A DNA stretch of 64,000 nucleotides from Myxococcales bacterium (lineage in GTDB: Bacteria > Myxococcota_A > Polyangia > Polyangiales > DASUME01): contig JASGJH010000001.1 of assembly GCA_047601445.1 (NCBI GenBank), positions 6,208,001 through 6,272,000 on the forward strand, in the 5' to 3' direction. Below, piece after piece: positions 28,454 through 38,944 of the stretch. Below the pieces are notes generated by a model. The model searched no databases. It saw only the letters and a list, made by a program, of their open reading frames with translations, and was not told the DNA's origin. Both the position numbers and the translations under genes were made by a program. Position 1 is the stretch's first letter. Every line of letters starts with the position of its first letter.

Positions 28454-29919
28454 ATGCTCGAAAAGAAAGCCCGCGTATTGGTCCTGTGCTCCCTGATCGC
28501 GTTGTCGGCTGGCTGCAAGGTCAGCGCCGAAGACATCGACTACTGGAAGGGAACGGTGAAGGGACCCGGCAAGATCACCGCCGTGATGCTGGCCGACAAA
28601 TACCCGATGGAGCTGCGCACCCAGGCGGCCCTCGCGCTGGTTCAGATGAACCGCACCGATCGCGACGGCATCGCCGACCTGCAGCAGGCCCTGGCGCGCC
28701 TCGACGACACGACCCGTGCACAGGTGGTCGCGGGGCTCGTGCCCGGCCTCGAAAAGCAGATGAACGAGGCGGATCCCAAGCTCGAGAACGGCGCACCCAG
28801 CCCGGGCCAGATCCGCGCCAAGGACGCGGCCTTCGTGCTCATTCCCTACGCTTCTCCGGAGATCAAGGCGCAGCTCACCCAGCAGGTGGTGGGCTGGTAC
28901 GCCCAGGACTTCAACGGCCGCAGCCTCTCGGGCAACTTCAGCGCCGAGCAGGTGGTGCGCGCGCTCGGCTCGCCGGCCGCCAAGGTGTTGGTGGTGGGCC
29001 TCAAGGCCCAGCTCCCGCAGCAGGCACTCGTGAAGATGGCCCAGCTCATCGGCCAGGTGGCGGACCCCGCCACCAAGAAGGAAGCCGGCGAGCGCCTCGT
29101 GGCCATCGAGCAGGAGATGGAGAGCGCCGAGTTCCTGGGCTGGATCACCAAGACCATCGAGGACCAGCAAAAGGGCAACAAGATCGACCCGGCCAAGCTC
29201 AAGAAGGCGGCCGAGATGAACCGCGACAACTTCATCAACGATGGCGCCATCGCGGCCATGAAGTGGCTGGCCGACGAGCCGCCGGTGAAGAAGCGCCTGC
29301 TTGCCCTGGCTTCTACGCCCAATAAGGCCGATCCCGAGACGCGCCGGGTGCGCGCCCTGGCCGCCCTGGAGGGCAAGGTCGACCGTGGGGACCTCCAGCA
29401 GGTGCTGGCGCTGGCCCTCGACAACAACAACCCGAAGACCGTGCGGGACTACGCCTTCGACCGCGTGGGCGACATCAAGAGTCCCGAAGCGCTCCCCTCC
29501 CTGTGGCCCCTGGTCAGCGGCGCCGAGGACCCGAAGCTGCGCTGGCGCGCAGGTGAGATGGTGCTGGCTATCGGCGGCTCGGGCATCGTCGACGAGTTCT
29601 TCTCGCGCCTGCCCGGGGGCGGCGAGTACCCCCCGAGGAGCTGGAGGGCTACGCTACCCGCATGGGTCAGATGAGCCCCCTGCCCACGGAGCAAGCCCGA
29701 CGTTTGCTCAACTCCTCAAACTGGTATGCTCGCGTGGCGGCCGTCGATTTCTTCGAGCGCAAAGGCGGCCAGGAAGACGTGAAGCGGTTGGACGCGGTGA
29801 AGTCCGACAAGGCGCCGGTCAAGGGACCGCGCTGGGGTAAGACCAAGACCGTGGGCGAAGTGGCCGATGAAGCGTTCGATTCGGCAAAGCAGCGTTTGAG
29901 CCAGGCGAGCGCTCAGTGA
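28454..29919 (+). CDS. Helical (HEAT-like) lipoprotein, frameshifted at a C6 run (29629-29634)
   Basis: Lipobox SAGC; adding one C joins ORFs 28454-29674 and 29662-29919 (..GEYPPEELEGYATRMGQM..). Confidence 0.7.
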
Positions 29920-29956
29920 AGCGACGTCTGTCTGGGGCGAGCGAAGAAAAAGCACC

Positions 29957-30646
29957 ATGACTCAGGACCACAACAAGAAGACCCTGCGGCAGTTCCAGTG
30001 CCGGGATTATCTCTGGGAAATCTTCGAACAAATGGGCGCCGAGCTCGAGTGCTCCACCGACTACCTGGTGAACGAAGCGATGCGGCAATACGCGCGCTCG
30101 CGGAACTGGGGTAGCCGGGGTCGCACCAGTCAGCCGGGTGCCGCGCCCGCCATGGCCGCGGCCATGGGAGACGTGGCGGCGGCGGCTCCGCGTCAGGCTC
30201 CGCCCCCCATGCGCCCTACGCCCATGGCCGGGACCCCGGCGGCCGTTCCCCAGCCGAACCCCAATCAATCGCAGGGCTTCGCTGTACGCGGGGGAGCCTC
30301 GGCGAGCTTGCCCCCTCCGCTGCCCGGCGGCGGTGCGCCTGCGCCAGCGGCGCGCGGCGGCGGGATGCCTCCCTTGTCGGTGATCTTCAACGGCCAGAAG
30401 GTGCCGGTGAACAAGGAAGAGTTCGTGATCGGGCGCGGCTCCAAGACCGCCGATCTGCCCATCAAGGACGGCAATATCTCGCGCCGCCACGCGGCGATCG
30501 TGCTGCAGAACGGGAACTTCTACATGAAGGACCTGGGCAGCACCAACGGCATCGAGTTCAACGGCGAGCGCGTAGACAGTCGCAAGATCGAAGAGGGCGA
30601 CGTCTACCAGCTGTGTGACTACGAGCTGCGCTTCACCTATCGCTGA
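29957..30646 (+). CDS. FHA domain protein with ribbon-helix-helix-like N-terminus and Pro/Ala linker
   Basis: IGRG, ISRRHA, DLGSTNG FHA motifs. Confidence 0.88.
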   Translation: MTQDHNKKTLRQFQCRDYLWEIFEQMGAELECSTDYLVNEAMRQYARSRNWGSRGRTSQPGAAPAMAAAMGDVAAAAPRQAPPPMRPTPMAGTPAAVPQPNPNQSQGFAVRGGASASLPPPLPGGGAPAPAARGGGMPPLSVIFNGQKVPVNKEEFVIGRGSKTADLPIKDGNISRRHAAIVLQNGNFYMKDLGSTNGIEFNGERVDSRKIEEGDVYQLCDYELRFTYR

Positions 30647-30679
30647 GCCGGTCCGCGCGACCGCAGGGTGCGAAACAGG

Positions 30680-32218
30680 ATGCAGGGGTCGGACGTCGGC
30701 GCCAGCTCGTTCTCGCCTGCTCCGGGCCCACGCGCAAACCTGGCGTCGGTCGCGTTGCCACTGCTCTTGGCCTGCGCGCTGGGAGGCGTGGCGATCCTGC
30801 GGCTGCCCGTGATCGACGACGAAGCTTTTGCCATTCAGCTCTCGCTGCGGGGCGTGGAACCCGTGTTGCGCCAGGGGCTCGGACAGGGCGGACACTTCCA
30901 TCCTCCCCTCAATGACCTGCTGCAGAGTCTGTGGCTGAGCTGCGTGACCCCGCGCCCGCTCTGGCTCGCGCGGCTGCCGGCGCTCGCGTGGTGGTTGGCC
31001 ACGTGCGCGTTGTTGCCCTGGGCGTTCGAGCCGCTCCTGGAGCGTGTGCAGCGCCGCTGGGCGGTGTGGGCCACGGTGCTGTACCCGGTACATTGGGTCC
31101 TCCCGTTCGTGGCGACCTGGTACTCGCTCGGTGCCTTCAGTGGTGTGCTCGCCAGCGGCGCGTTCTTGCGCGCTCTGCAAGCGCCCATGGGCAGCAGGTC
31201 GCTGCACGGCTGGTCGTGTCTGTGGGCGCTCTCTGTGATCACGCTCGGCTACACGGTCTTCGCCTGGCCCGCTCTGCTGTTCGGTCAGCTATGGCTCGCG
31301 CTGCGTGTGCTCCAACGGTCTGAGTGGGGAACCCGAGCGCGCAGCGTGGCGCCATGGTTGCTGGCGATCGTGCTAGGGCTGGCCCCCACCGCGTGGGTGA
31401 TCCTGGATCGCATGTCCTATGCGATCGAAGGCCAAGCGGGGGGCGGGGGATTGGTGCCGCTGGGGGCCATCTTGGCGCTGCTGGCTGGCTCCACGGTGCA
31501 GGCGAACCCGTGGCTGCTGCTGGCTGCGGTCGGCGCGACGATCGCAGGTGGGGTGGCGTGTCTGCGACGTGCCGGGCCCAGTGCCAAGGCCTTGTTCGGC
31601 GTGGGTGTCGGGGTGTTCCTGACGCTGCTGCTGACCCGCACGCTGTCGGACAAACGTCTGCTCTTGGGCAGCGTCTTCTGCACCGTGGCGCTCGGTGCAG
31701 CGGGGCACTCCGCATCCCGCCGCGCCCGCATGGCGCTCATGCTCGGGTGGGCGCCCAGTGCGCTGGGGTTTCTTTGGCCCACGGCCATGCCCATGCTCTT
31801 TCCGCGTTGGTCCGACCCCCACACCGAACTGGTGGCGAGCCACTGCAGCGCGCCCGAGCCGCGCCTGTTGTTCGTGGACCATCCTGCGCTGTGGCTGACG
31901 GCGAAGGCAGGCTGCGGCAGCGTCGCGCTCGGCGCGGAGGAGGACCCGCAGATCATCGATACCAGCGAGTCCGCGGAGGTGATCGCGCGGGTTCAGGAGG
32001 TGCGCCAGCGTGCGCCGGAGAAGCCGTTGGTGATCGACTTGGTGGCGTTCCTGGACTCGCCCGATGGCTGGCTCGCGTCTGCGCTGCTGGACCTGCACGC
32101 GCTCGGGTTTCGCGTGGTGAGTGACCGCTCCCTGGGAATGGACGCGCTGCACAGCCTGCGTGACGCGAGGGCTCGCGCGGAGCCGCGCTTTCACTGGGTG
32201 CGCCTGCGCGCCCCCTGA
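30680..32218 (+). CDS. Polytopic membrane protein, possibly a GT-C glycosyltransferase
   Basis: About 10 hydrophobic segments; DDE after TM1 and HPPL motif. Confidence 0.55.
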   Translation: MQGSDVGASSFSPAPGPRANLASVALPLLLACALGGVAILRLPVIDDEAFAIQLSLRGVEPVLRQGLGQGGHFHPPLNDLLQSLWLSCVTPRPLWLARLPALAWWLATCALLPWAFEPLLERVQRRWAVWATVLYPVHWVLPFVATWYSLGAFSGVLASGAFLRALQAPMGSRSLHGWSCLWALSVITLGYTVFAWPALLFGQLWLALRVLQRSEWGTRARSVAPWLLAIVLGLAPTAWVILDRMSYAIEGQAGGGGLVPLGAILALLAGSTVQANPWLLLAAVGATIAGGVACLRRAGPSAKALFGVGVGVFLTLLLTRTLSDKRLLLGSVFCTVALGAAGHSASRRARMALMLGWAPSALGFLWPTAMPMLFPRWSDPHTELVASHCSAPEPRLLFVDHPALWLTAKAGCGSVALGAEEDPQIIDTSESAEVIARVQEVRQRAPEKPLVIDLVAFLDSPDGWLASALLDLHALGFRVVSDRSLGMDALHSLRDARARAEPRFHWVRLRAP

Positions 32219-32274
32219 GTCGTTGGGGACCTCAACCGTGTGCCATCGACCGGCCGAACGAGCCCGCCCTCAGC

Positions 32275-32727
32275 TCACTGAACGGTGCTCGCACCGCTGG
32301 TGGCGGCCTCTTCCTGCGCGAAAATGCGTGTATCGCCGGCCCGAATCGTCTCACTCACCAGGCGGAAGTTGCCGTGCACGGCCTCCCACTGCTGCGTGAT
32401 CACCGAGTTGCGGACGGTCACGCCGCCGGTGTCGTACCAGTTGAGGGCGACCTCGGAGGTGGCGGTCTTGCGGTCGTCCGCCAGCTTCATGCGCACCAGA
32501 TCGGCATCGGCGATGCTGATCGGCCCGCCCCACTCGCGGTGCCGCGACACGAACGCGTCCAGGTAGGTGGGCGAGACGAACTTGGTGGCGTTGTCCACCT
32601 GCCCCCAACGCGCCGCATCGTTGAGGGTATAGGCCGCATCCTGAAAGCGCGAGGTAGGCGTGAAGTTCGCCACCACACAGCCTGAACCCAGCGCACACAA
32701 CAGCACGACGACCTGCCGAAGACCCAT
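32275..32727 (-). CDS. Hypothetical lipoprotein
   Basis: Hydrophobic signal ending GSGC; GC-biased third codon positions. Confidence 0.65.
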   Translation of the reverse strand: MGLRQVVVLLCALGSGCVVANFTPTSRFQDAAYTLNDAARWGQVDNATKFVSPTYLDAFVSRHREWGGPISIADADLVRMKLADDRKTATSEVALNWYDTGGVTVRNSVITQQWEAVHGNFRLVSETIRAGDTRIFAQEEAATSGASTVQ

Positions 32728-32778
32728 GACGACCACGCTAGCGGGCGGGCCAGAGAAGGCAAAAAAGCTGCGTGAAAC

Positions 32779-33852
32779 TCAGCTGCTTACTTGGACGCCG
32801 CCGGTGAGCATGTCGCGCATGCTGGGCTCGAAGAACATGTAGGGGTGCACCAGCTCGGGTCGCGTGAGTTGTTCGAGCTTGTCGGCGTGCTCGGCAGGGA
32901 TCTCGAAGGACAGGGCGCTCAGGTTCTCCTCCAGCTGATGCAGCTTGGTGGCCCCGAGGATGGTGGAGGTGACGCCTGGTCGGTTGGCGACCCAATTCAA
33001 GGCGACTTGGGCCGGACTTCGCTCGAGAGCCGTGGCGACCTGCTTGAGCGCGTCGACCACGGCCCAGTTGCGCTCGGTGAACAGCTTGCTGAACGCCGGG
33101 TTGGTCCAATTCGACACGGCTTCCAGCCGCCCGCCTGCGCCGCGCACCTCGTTGGCGCCGCCTCCGCGCGTGTGCTTGCCGCTCAGCATGCCGCTTGCGA
33201 GCGGACTCCAGGGGGTCACGCCCAGTCCCAGCGCGCGGGCCGCCGGGATGTGCTCACGCTCGATGTTGCGCTCCAGCAGCGAGTACTCGAGCTGCAGTCC
33301 GCACAGCTTCTCGTAGCCCCGCAGTTCGGCGAGGGTCTGCGCGCGCGCCAGGTACCAGGCGGGCACGTCGGAGAAACCGATGTAGCGGACCTTGCCCGAC
33401 TGCACGAGGGCGTCGAGGGTGGACATCACCTCCTCCACCGGCGTGATGCCGTCCCAGGCGTGCAGCCAGTAGACGTCCACATAGTCCGTGCGCAGCCGGC
33501 GCAAGCTGCCCTCGAGCGCACGGTGGATGTTCTTGCGGCCGTTGCCGCCCGCGTTCGGATCCCCGGGGCTCGTGTTGAAGCTGAACTTGGTGGCGAGCAC
33601 GGTTTTGTCGCGCAGCCGACGCTCACTCAAGTACTCGCCGAGCATGCTCTCGCTGCTGCCGCCGGTGTAGGCGTCGGCGGTGTCCACGAAGTTACCGCCC
33701 GCCTCGAAGTAGCGATCCATCAGCGAAAAGACGGTCTCCTTGGGGCTGCCCCAGCCCCATTCGGTGCCGAAGGTCATGGTGCCGAGGCACAGTGGTGACA
33801 CGCGCAGGCCGCTCCGGCCCAACACGGAATAGCTCGTCATCGATTTCGTCAT
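32779..33852 (-). CDS. Aldo/keto reductase
   Basis: LGRSGLRVSPLCLGTMTFG, DTADAY, ATK, GKVRYIG, PWSPLASG. Confidence 0.93.
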   Translation of the reverse strand: MTKSMTSYSVLGRSGLRVSPLCLGTMTFGTEWGWGSPKETVFSLMDRYFEAGGNFVDTADAYTGGSSESMLGEYLSERRLRDKTVLATKFSFNTSPGDPNAGGNGRKNIHRALEGSLRRLRTDYVDVYWLHAWDGITPVEEVMSTLDALVQSGKVRYIGFSDVPAWYLARAQTLAELRGYEKLCGLQLEYSLLERNIEREHIPAARALGLGVTPWSPLASGMLSGKHTRGGGANEVRGAGGRLEAVSNWTNPAFSKLFTERNWAVVDALKQVATALERSPAQVALNWVANRPGVTSTILGATKLHQLEENLSALSFEIPAEHADKLEQLTRPELVHPYMFFEPSMRDMLTGGVQVSS

Positions 33853-33931
33853 GGTTCGCTCCCAGGCTCCCGTCGTACGTCGAAGGGGGCGCGTTACGCG
33901 CGGCCTGGCGATGGCACGGTTTGCGCTAAGT

Positions 33932-36037
33932 TCAAAGCTTGCGCGCGGTGCACACGCGATCGCGACCGGTCTGCTTGGCGAGATAGAGGGCCTTGTCGGC
34001 CACCTCGAAGAGCTGCGTGTCGGACTTGGCGTCGTCCGGGAACTGCGCCACGCCCAGTGAGCAGGTCACCCGCAGCTTGCCGATGTCGCTCTCGAACTGG
34101 CGCGCCTTGAGCTCCTCGCGCACGCGCTCGGCCAGCTGCACGGCGCCGCGAGCATCCGTCTCCTCGCACAGGATGCAGAACTCTTCGCCACCGAAGCGGG
34201 CCACCACGTCGGTGTCGCGCTTCAGCGCGCGCAGGATCTCGCCCAGCCCGCGGATCACGTGGTCGCCGACTGCGTGTCCGTAGGTGTCGTTGACGCTCTT
34301 GAAGTGATCGATGTCGGTGACGATGAGGCTGAGCTTGCGGCCGAAGCGCTCCGCGGCCTTGATGCGCCGCTGCAGCTCCTCCAAGAAGGTGCGCTTGTTG
34401 AGGCAGCCCGTGAGGCCGTCGGTGGTGGCCAGCTCCTCCAGGCGCCGCACGCTCTCGGCGTTGGCCAGCGCCACGGCGAGCTGGTTGGCGAGCACCTGCA
34501 AGGTGGGGCGTACGGAGGCGCTGAAGGCGTCGGGCCGGCGCGCCGCGATGGCCAGGGTGCCGACCGGATCCTCGCGCACCAACAGGGGCAGGATCAGCAG
34601 AGACTGCATGCCGTCGAGGTTCGACGCGGCGCGCGTGTACACCATTTGCTTCTGGCCATCGAACTCGCCGCGGTAGGGCAAGTAGTGGCGATTCTTTACC
34701 GCCATGGCCGTGAGCGACGCATTGTCGCGGAAGCTGAGCTTCTGGATCTCGCCCGCGCCCTCGCCCACGGCGCGCAGCACCGAGTGGCGCTTGTCCTCGG
34801 CGTCGTAGCGGGTGACGGCCGCGAAGTCGTAGGGGGCGATCTGGGAAGCCGCGTTCAAGCCAGCCTCGATCACGGCCTCGGCGGTCAGCGCTGCGCCCAG
34901 CGCCTGCGAGGCCTGGTGCAACACCGTCTGTTCGCTCTTGCTGCGCTCGAGCTGCACGAACACACGTTCGTTCTCGATGGCGCGCAGGGAATGGCGCACG
35001 GCGCCCTCGAGCACGCTCTCTTCGCGCGCGCCGAAGGGCGCATCCTCGATGCGATCCGCGCACAACGCGCCGAGTACCTTGCCGTTCTCGACCACCGGCA
35101 CGCCCAGGAATGCGCGCACCATGCTGGGGCCACGGTAATAGCAGAGCCCCCGGTAGCCAGGCTTGATGTGCTCCAGGTTCATGGTCATGCCGCGCTTCAT
35201 CACGGCGCCCACGGCGCCCTCGGCGCCGACGAAGGGACCCTCGGCGATGTCGTCGCTCTCGGTGACCAGCTCGACGATGCGGAAGCGCTGCCCGTCGTCG
35301 TCGTACATCACCAGCACGCAGGTGTGCAGGTTCAGCGTGCGCTTGAGCAGATCGAGCGTGTAGTAGAGGGTCTGGTGCACCTCCTCCACGCTCGAGCGCG
35401 TCATGCGCTCCTCATCGCGCTCCGAGGCCTGGCTGGGCGCACTGATCAGGCGATAGCGGCGTGCGTCCTCGAGGGCCTTGAGCTTGTCCTCGTCGAGCTG
35501 CTTCTTGGACTTCTCGCGCACGCGTTCGATCTCCACGCGCGTGAAGAGCAGACTCATCAGGCCGAAGAACACGATGAACGTGGCGTGCAAGAAGTAGGGC
35601 TGCGGATCTCGGTGCCGCTCCGTGATGAAGTAGAGCACCGCCTCCAGGACCACCGCGCTCACCACCATCGTGCTGCCCGTGGGCTTGACGGCGAAGGAGG
35701 CCACGAACGCCACCAGCACGTAGACCAGCGGATAGAGCTGCCCAGTCAGGCCGCCGGCGATCTGCACCACGGCGTGCACTGCCACCAGCAGCAGCAGGCC
35801 CATCTCGAGATCCTGGCGCGGCGCCAGACGCCCCTCGCCCTCGAGGCGGAAGCGCGTCACGGCGCGGTGCCCGAACAGGGCGAGCCAGGCCGCCGCGGCG
35901 ACCAAGTGCTCGACCCCGAGCTGGCCGCGAAAGATGCCGAACACGAGCAAGACGGCGAAGCCGAACGAGAGGATGAACCCGTAGGAGGCGCGGGCCGTCT
36001 TGCGAAGAGTGAGAGCGGTTTCTACCAGCGTCGTCAT
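33932..36037 (-). CDS. Membrane diguanylate cyclase with two GAF domains
   Basis: N-terminal TMs; DGLTGCLN, DIDHFKSVNDTYGH, RDTD I-site, RFGGEEF. Confidence 0.92.
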   Translation of the reverse strand: MTTLVETALTLRKTARASYGFILSFGFAVLLVFGIFRGQLGVEHLVAAAAWLALFGHRAVTRFRLEGEGRLAPRQDLEMGLLLLVAVHAVVQIAGGLTGQLYPLVYVLVAFVASFAVKPTGSTMVVSAVVLEAVLYFITERHRDPQPYFLHATFIVFFGLMSLLFTRVEIERVREKSKKQLDEDKLKALEDARRYRLISAPSQASERDEERMTRSSVEEVHQTLYYTLDLLKRTLNLHTCVLVMYDDDGQRFRIVELVTESDDIAEGPFVGAEGAVGAVMKRGMTMNLEHIKPGYRGLCYYRGPSMVRAFLGVPVVENGKVLGALCADRIEDAPFGAREESVLEGAVRHSLRAIENERVFVQLERSKSEQTVLHQASQALGAALTAEAVIEAGLNAASQIAPYDFAAVTRYDAEDKRHSVLRAVGEGAGEIQKLSFRDNASLTAMAVKNRHYLPYRGEFDGQKQMVYTRAASNLDGMQSLLILPLLVREDPVGTLAIAARRPDAFSASVRPTLQVLANQLAVALANAESVRRLEELATTDGLTGCLNKRTFLEELQRRIKAAERFGRKLSLIVTDIDHFKSVNDTYGHAVGDHVIRGLGEILRALKRDTDVVARFGGEEFCILCEETDARGAVQLAERVREELKARQFESDIGKLRVTCSLGVAQFPDDAKSDTQLFEVADKALYLAKQTGRDRVCTARKL

Positions 36038-36169
36038 GGTGCTCGCTTGAGGCCCGGTGAGCACTGGACACTAGTTCCGGGGGAAGGATGACGGCAAGAA
36101 ACTGGCGGGAGAGGGGGAGAGTGGTGGGGGGGATCACAGGTTCGTTCGGATCGGACGCCTGCCCGCCTG

Positions 36170-36517
36170 CTACCTCTGCCCCGCCGTCAAGTTAACCCCC
36201 TCCACCGGTGCAAACTGGAAGAGGACCTCTCCCTCTCTCAGGAGTCCGAGTTCATCGCGGGCGATGCGCTCCACCGCGCGTGGATCGCTGCGTAGCCCTT
36301 CGACGTCCTCGCTCAGCTGTTTGATGGACTTGTTCAGGGCCACGTTGTCGGCCTGAATGCGCGTGAGCTGGGCGCTCAGCTTGCGGTAACGGGGCAGTCC
36401 TTCTTCGCTGAGGATGCGCAGGGGCACGGCGAAGACGGCGAACACCAGGAGCCCGAAAGGCAGGAGCTTGGCCATCGATCCGTAGCCGAAGCTTTGCTCG
36501 GGAGCCCTGGAGGACAT
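36170..36517 (-). CDS. ftsB: FtsB/DivIC septum formation initiator family protein
   Basis: TM, coiled coil, then DPRAVERIARDELGLLREGEVLFQF; start may be 36475. Confidence 0.78.
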   Translation of the reverse strand: MSSRAPEQSFGYGSMAKLLPFGLLVFAVFAVPLRILSEEGLPRYRKLSAQLTRIQADNVALNKSIKQLSEDVEGLRSDPRAVERIARDELGLLREGEVLFQFAPVEGVNLTAGQR

Positions 36518-36591
36518 CGTCTGGCGAGCCTGCGCGAATGTTTCACGCGGGTCAACAAACGGCCCGAATACTGCACACTTGGACACCGCGG

Positions 36592-37734
36592 TCAGTGGAG
36601 TTCCACGCACTGCTCGCGGGTAAACGCCTCGTCCCGGGATCGTGTGCGCAGCCGCACCCCGCCCGCCACCAACTTCAGCTCCACCGCGCCCCGTTCACCC
36701 ACCGCACGCAGCGCGTGCTCGGTCTTGACCAGCACCTCTCGGGCGAACGCGCTCGAGGCTTGGCGTCCGTCGGCGTAGTCCGTCTCCGCGTGCAGTTCCA
36801 CGTGATGGATCGCCGCGTCGGTCCGCATCAACTCTGCCGCCCACACCAACAGCTCGGCGGTCGACACCGGTTGCTCGGGCGCGACCCCGCTCGCGAGCTG
36901 CCAAATGCGGGCCCCGCGCTCGAAGCGTCGCATGGAGTGGCGTGCGGCGGCGACCAGGTCATGGCCCGAGACCTGTCCCAGGCGACGCGCACCGACCTCG
37001 ACCTGGAGGCGTGCGGCAGCGTGGGCCTGGACGACCTCCTGGTAGAGGAGCACCAGGAGTTCGCTGTCGTCGCTCGGGTCAGCGCGCAGTTCCTGCAGGC
37101 GCTTGCGTAGCCGGGCGGCGGCCAGCTCCATCTGCACTCCGCGCGAAGCCATGATCAAGAGACGCCTCAGGCGGTGCGCAACGCGCGGCTCACGCACCGA
37201 GAGGCAGAGTGCGCCGACCACTTCACCGGCGGCGCCGCGCAATGGAATGCCGTGGCAGGTGTGGTGATGAAAGCCCGAGATGAAATGCTCGGTCCCGGTG
37301 AGCTCCACGTACTGGTCTTCGGCCAGGGCCGTGCCCACGCCGTTCGCGCCTGCGTGTCGCTCGTCCATCCACGTGCCCACGGTGGGCGCCGGATCGTTGC
37401 CATGCATGCTCTCGGGGTCGCCCTGCACCGAGAGCACGGTGGCATCCCGCGCGCTGAGTAGGGTGGCGTAGCGCTCTGCACCCGCTGCCGCCGCCAGAGC
37501 TTCTACGTAGGGCGAGGCGCTCGCGATGAGCTCCGCGTTCTCCAGGCGAAGGTGATCGATCTCTCGCGCAGAACGGTGCTCGGGGATGAGCAGCCTGGGA
37601 TCCAAGTGCTCTGCGTGCGACCGCTCCCAGGCGCGCATCACCACCGGTCGCAGCAGTCTTGCTTCGATGCTGCCGAGGCTGGTGTAGCGCTGCCAGGCCT
37701 CGAGACTCGCAGCCGCGGCTTGCGAAAGATTCAT
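36592..37734 (-). CDS. AcoR-type GAF domain protein lacking the AAA+ domain
   Basis: RAWERS, WMDERHAGANGVGTALAE, EHF..C.GIP; degenerate HATPase-like C-terminus. Confidence 0.68.
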   Translation of the reverse strand: MNLSQAAAASLEAWQRYTSLGSIEARLLRPVVMRAWERSHAEHLDPRLLIPEHRSAREIDHLRLENAELIASASPYVEALAAAAGAERYATLLSARDATVLSVQGDPESMHGNDPAPTVGTWMDERHAGANGVGTALAEDQYVELTGTEHFISGFHHHTCHGIPLRGAAGEVVGALCLSVREPRVAHRLRRLLIMASRGVQMELAAARLRKRLQELRADPSDDSELLVLLYQEVVQAHAAARLQVEVGARRLGQVSGHDLVAAARHSMRRFERGARIWQLASGVAPEQPVSTAELLVWAAELMRTDAAIHHVELHAETDYADGRQASSAFAREVLVKTEHALRAVGERGAVELKLVAGGVRLRTRSRDEAFTREQCVELH

Positions 37735-37916
37735 CCTACCCCCCACGCCAAGTGTCGCGTGCGGCTCCTTTCACTCAAGCCGAAGGGCCAATTTCAGGGG
37801 CGATTTCACCTCTCGTTCACACGCGCGAATCGTGATCGCAGTCCTTCGCGCGCGCGGGCACGGCTCCGCACGTCATCGAGCTGACGTCTTTGCGCAGTGT
37901 GGACGACGCAGCTGGT

Positions 37917-38777
37917 CTACTGCGCGCCCACGCGCTCTGAAGTGAACTCGATGCGTAGCTCGTAGGCATCCGCTTTGCCGTCGGCGTTGGTGTCCACCTT
38001 GAGCTTGGCACCGTTGCAGTCCAGCAGATCCGAGAGATGTTCGAGGCCACCGCCGCAGGCGGTCGGGTTGCTGCAGACCAATAGACACGTGATGGGATCG
38101 AGCGCGAGGGGAGCGCTCTTGGCCTCGCTCGGGAGCACGGCTGCCTGGAGACGTCCCTGCTCGATGCTGGTGAAGTCCGCGCTGAACGACGCGGCCCAGA
38201 TGGCCTGCGTGGCAGACAGCTGCAGCAGATAGCCACGATCGGCATCCGGGCCCGGCACCCATGCCTTCAGCACGTAGTCGAAGGGCTCCGAGACGTAGGT
38301 GAGCGCATCCTCGGTGCTGCGCGCGATCCGAAAGAAGCCCTTGCTCTCGGGATACTGATAGCTGATGGACCCGTCGTAGAAGACCGAGCCGTACTCCACG
38401 CCTGCTCCCGCGTCGGCGCTCTGGAGGTCGTTGTAGAACAGGCGCACGTCTTGGGTATCGGCGGCCAATACGCCGTAGGCGCTGGCGAGTGCTGCGGGCT
38501 CGATCAGCTTGAAGGAGCCCTTCTTCTCCACGTAGGAGTAGCCGACGGGCGGTCCCTCGAGGGGCTGTGCTGCGTCCCAGTCCGGCGTGGGCAGTGGCGG
38601 CGCGGTGGTGGTATCTCCGCCGTCGGACCTGTCGCCGTCCTGACCCGAGTCCAGCTTCGTGCCTCCATCGTGGTCGTTCGACGCCGGCCCGGGACCATCA
38701 TCGCCCCCGCAAGCACCCGCGAAGGTCAACGAAATCAGCAAGAAGTTCGGCCTAACCCAAGACTTGAAGCGCGACAT
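37917..38777 (-). CDS. Hypothetical lipoprotein
   Basis: AGAC lipobox followed by an Asp/Gly linker; C-terminal DTNADGKAD. Confidence 0.7.
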   Translation of the reverse strand: MSRFKSWVRPNFLLISLTFAGACGGDDGPGPASNDHDGGTKLDSGQDGDRSDGGDTTTAPPLPTPDWDAAQPLEGPPVGYSYVEKKGSFKLIEPAALASAYGVLAADTQDVRLFYNDLQSADAGAGVEYGSVFYDGSISYQYPESKGFFRIARSTEDALTYVSEPFDYVLKAWVPGPDADRGYLLQLSATQAIWAASFSADFTSIEQGRLQAAVLPSEAKSAPLALDPITCLLVCSNPTACGGGLEHLSDLLDCNGAKLKVDTNADGKADAYELRIEFTSERVGAQ

Positions 38778-38878
38778 GGGCCAAACCCGAGCATGGACCG
38801 GGCTCGAGCGCAATGAGCATTGCTTGAACTTTTCATGATCCGCGTCGGAGTTGGCCCCTCGATGGACGCGAAAACGCG

Positions 38879-38908
38879 AAGGCCGCGCTCCCTTCGGGAC
38901 CGCGGCCT
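38879..38908 (-). terminator. Probable intrinsic terminator after the DUF3494 gene
   Basis: Minus strand AGGCCGCGGTCCC-GAA-GGGAGCGCGGCCT followed by TCGCGTTTTC. Confidence 0.6.
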
Positions 38909-38944
38909 CAGCTGCCTTCGATCAGAGCGCTGACCGTGTGTGGC

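Noticed and set aside
33912..33927. TGGCACGGTTTGCGCT as a sigma54 promoter
   Set aside because: TTGC is mis-spaced and it points antisense into the end of the cyclase gene.
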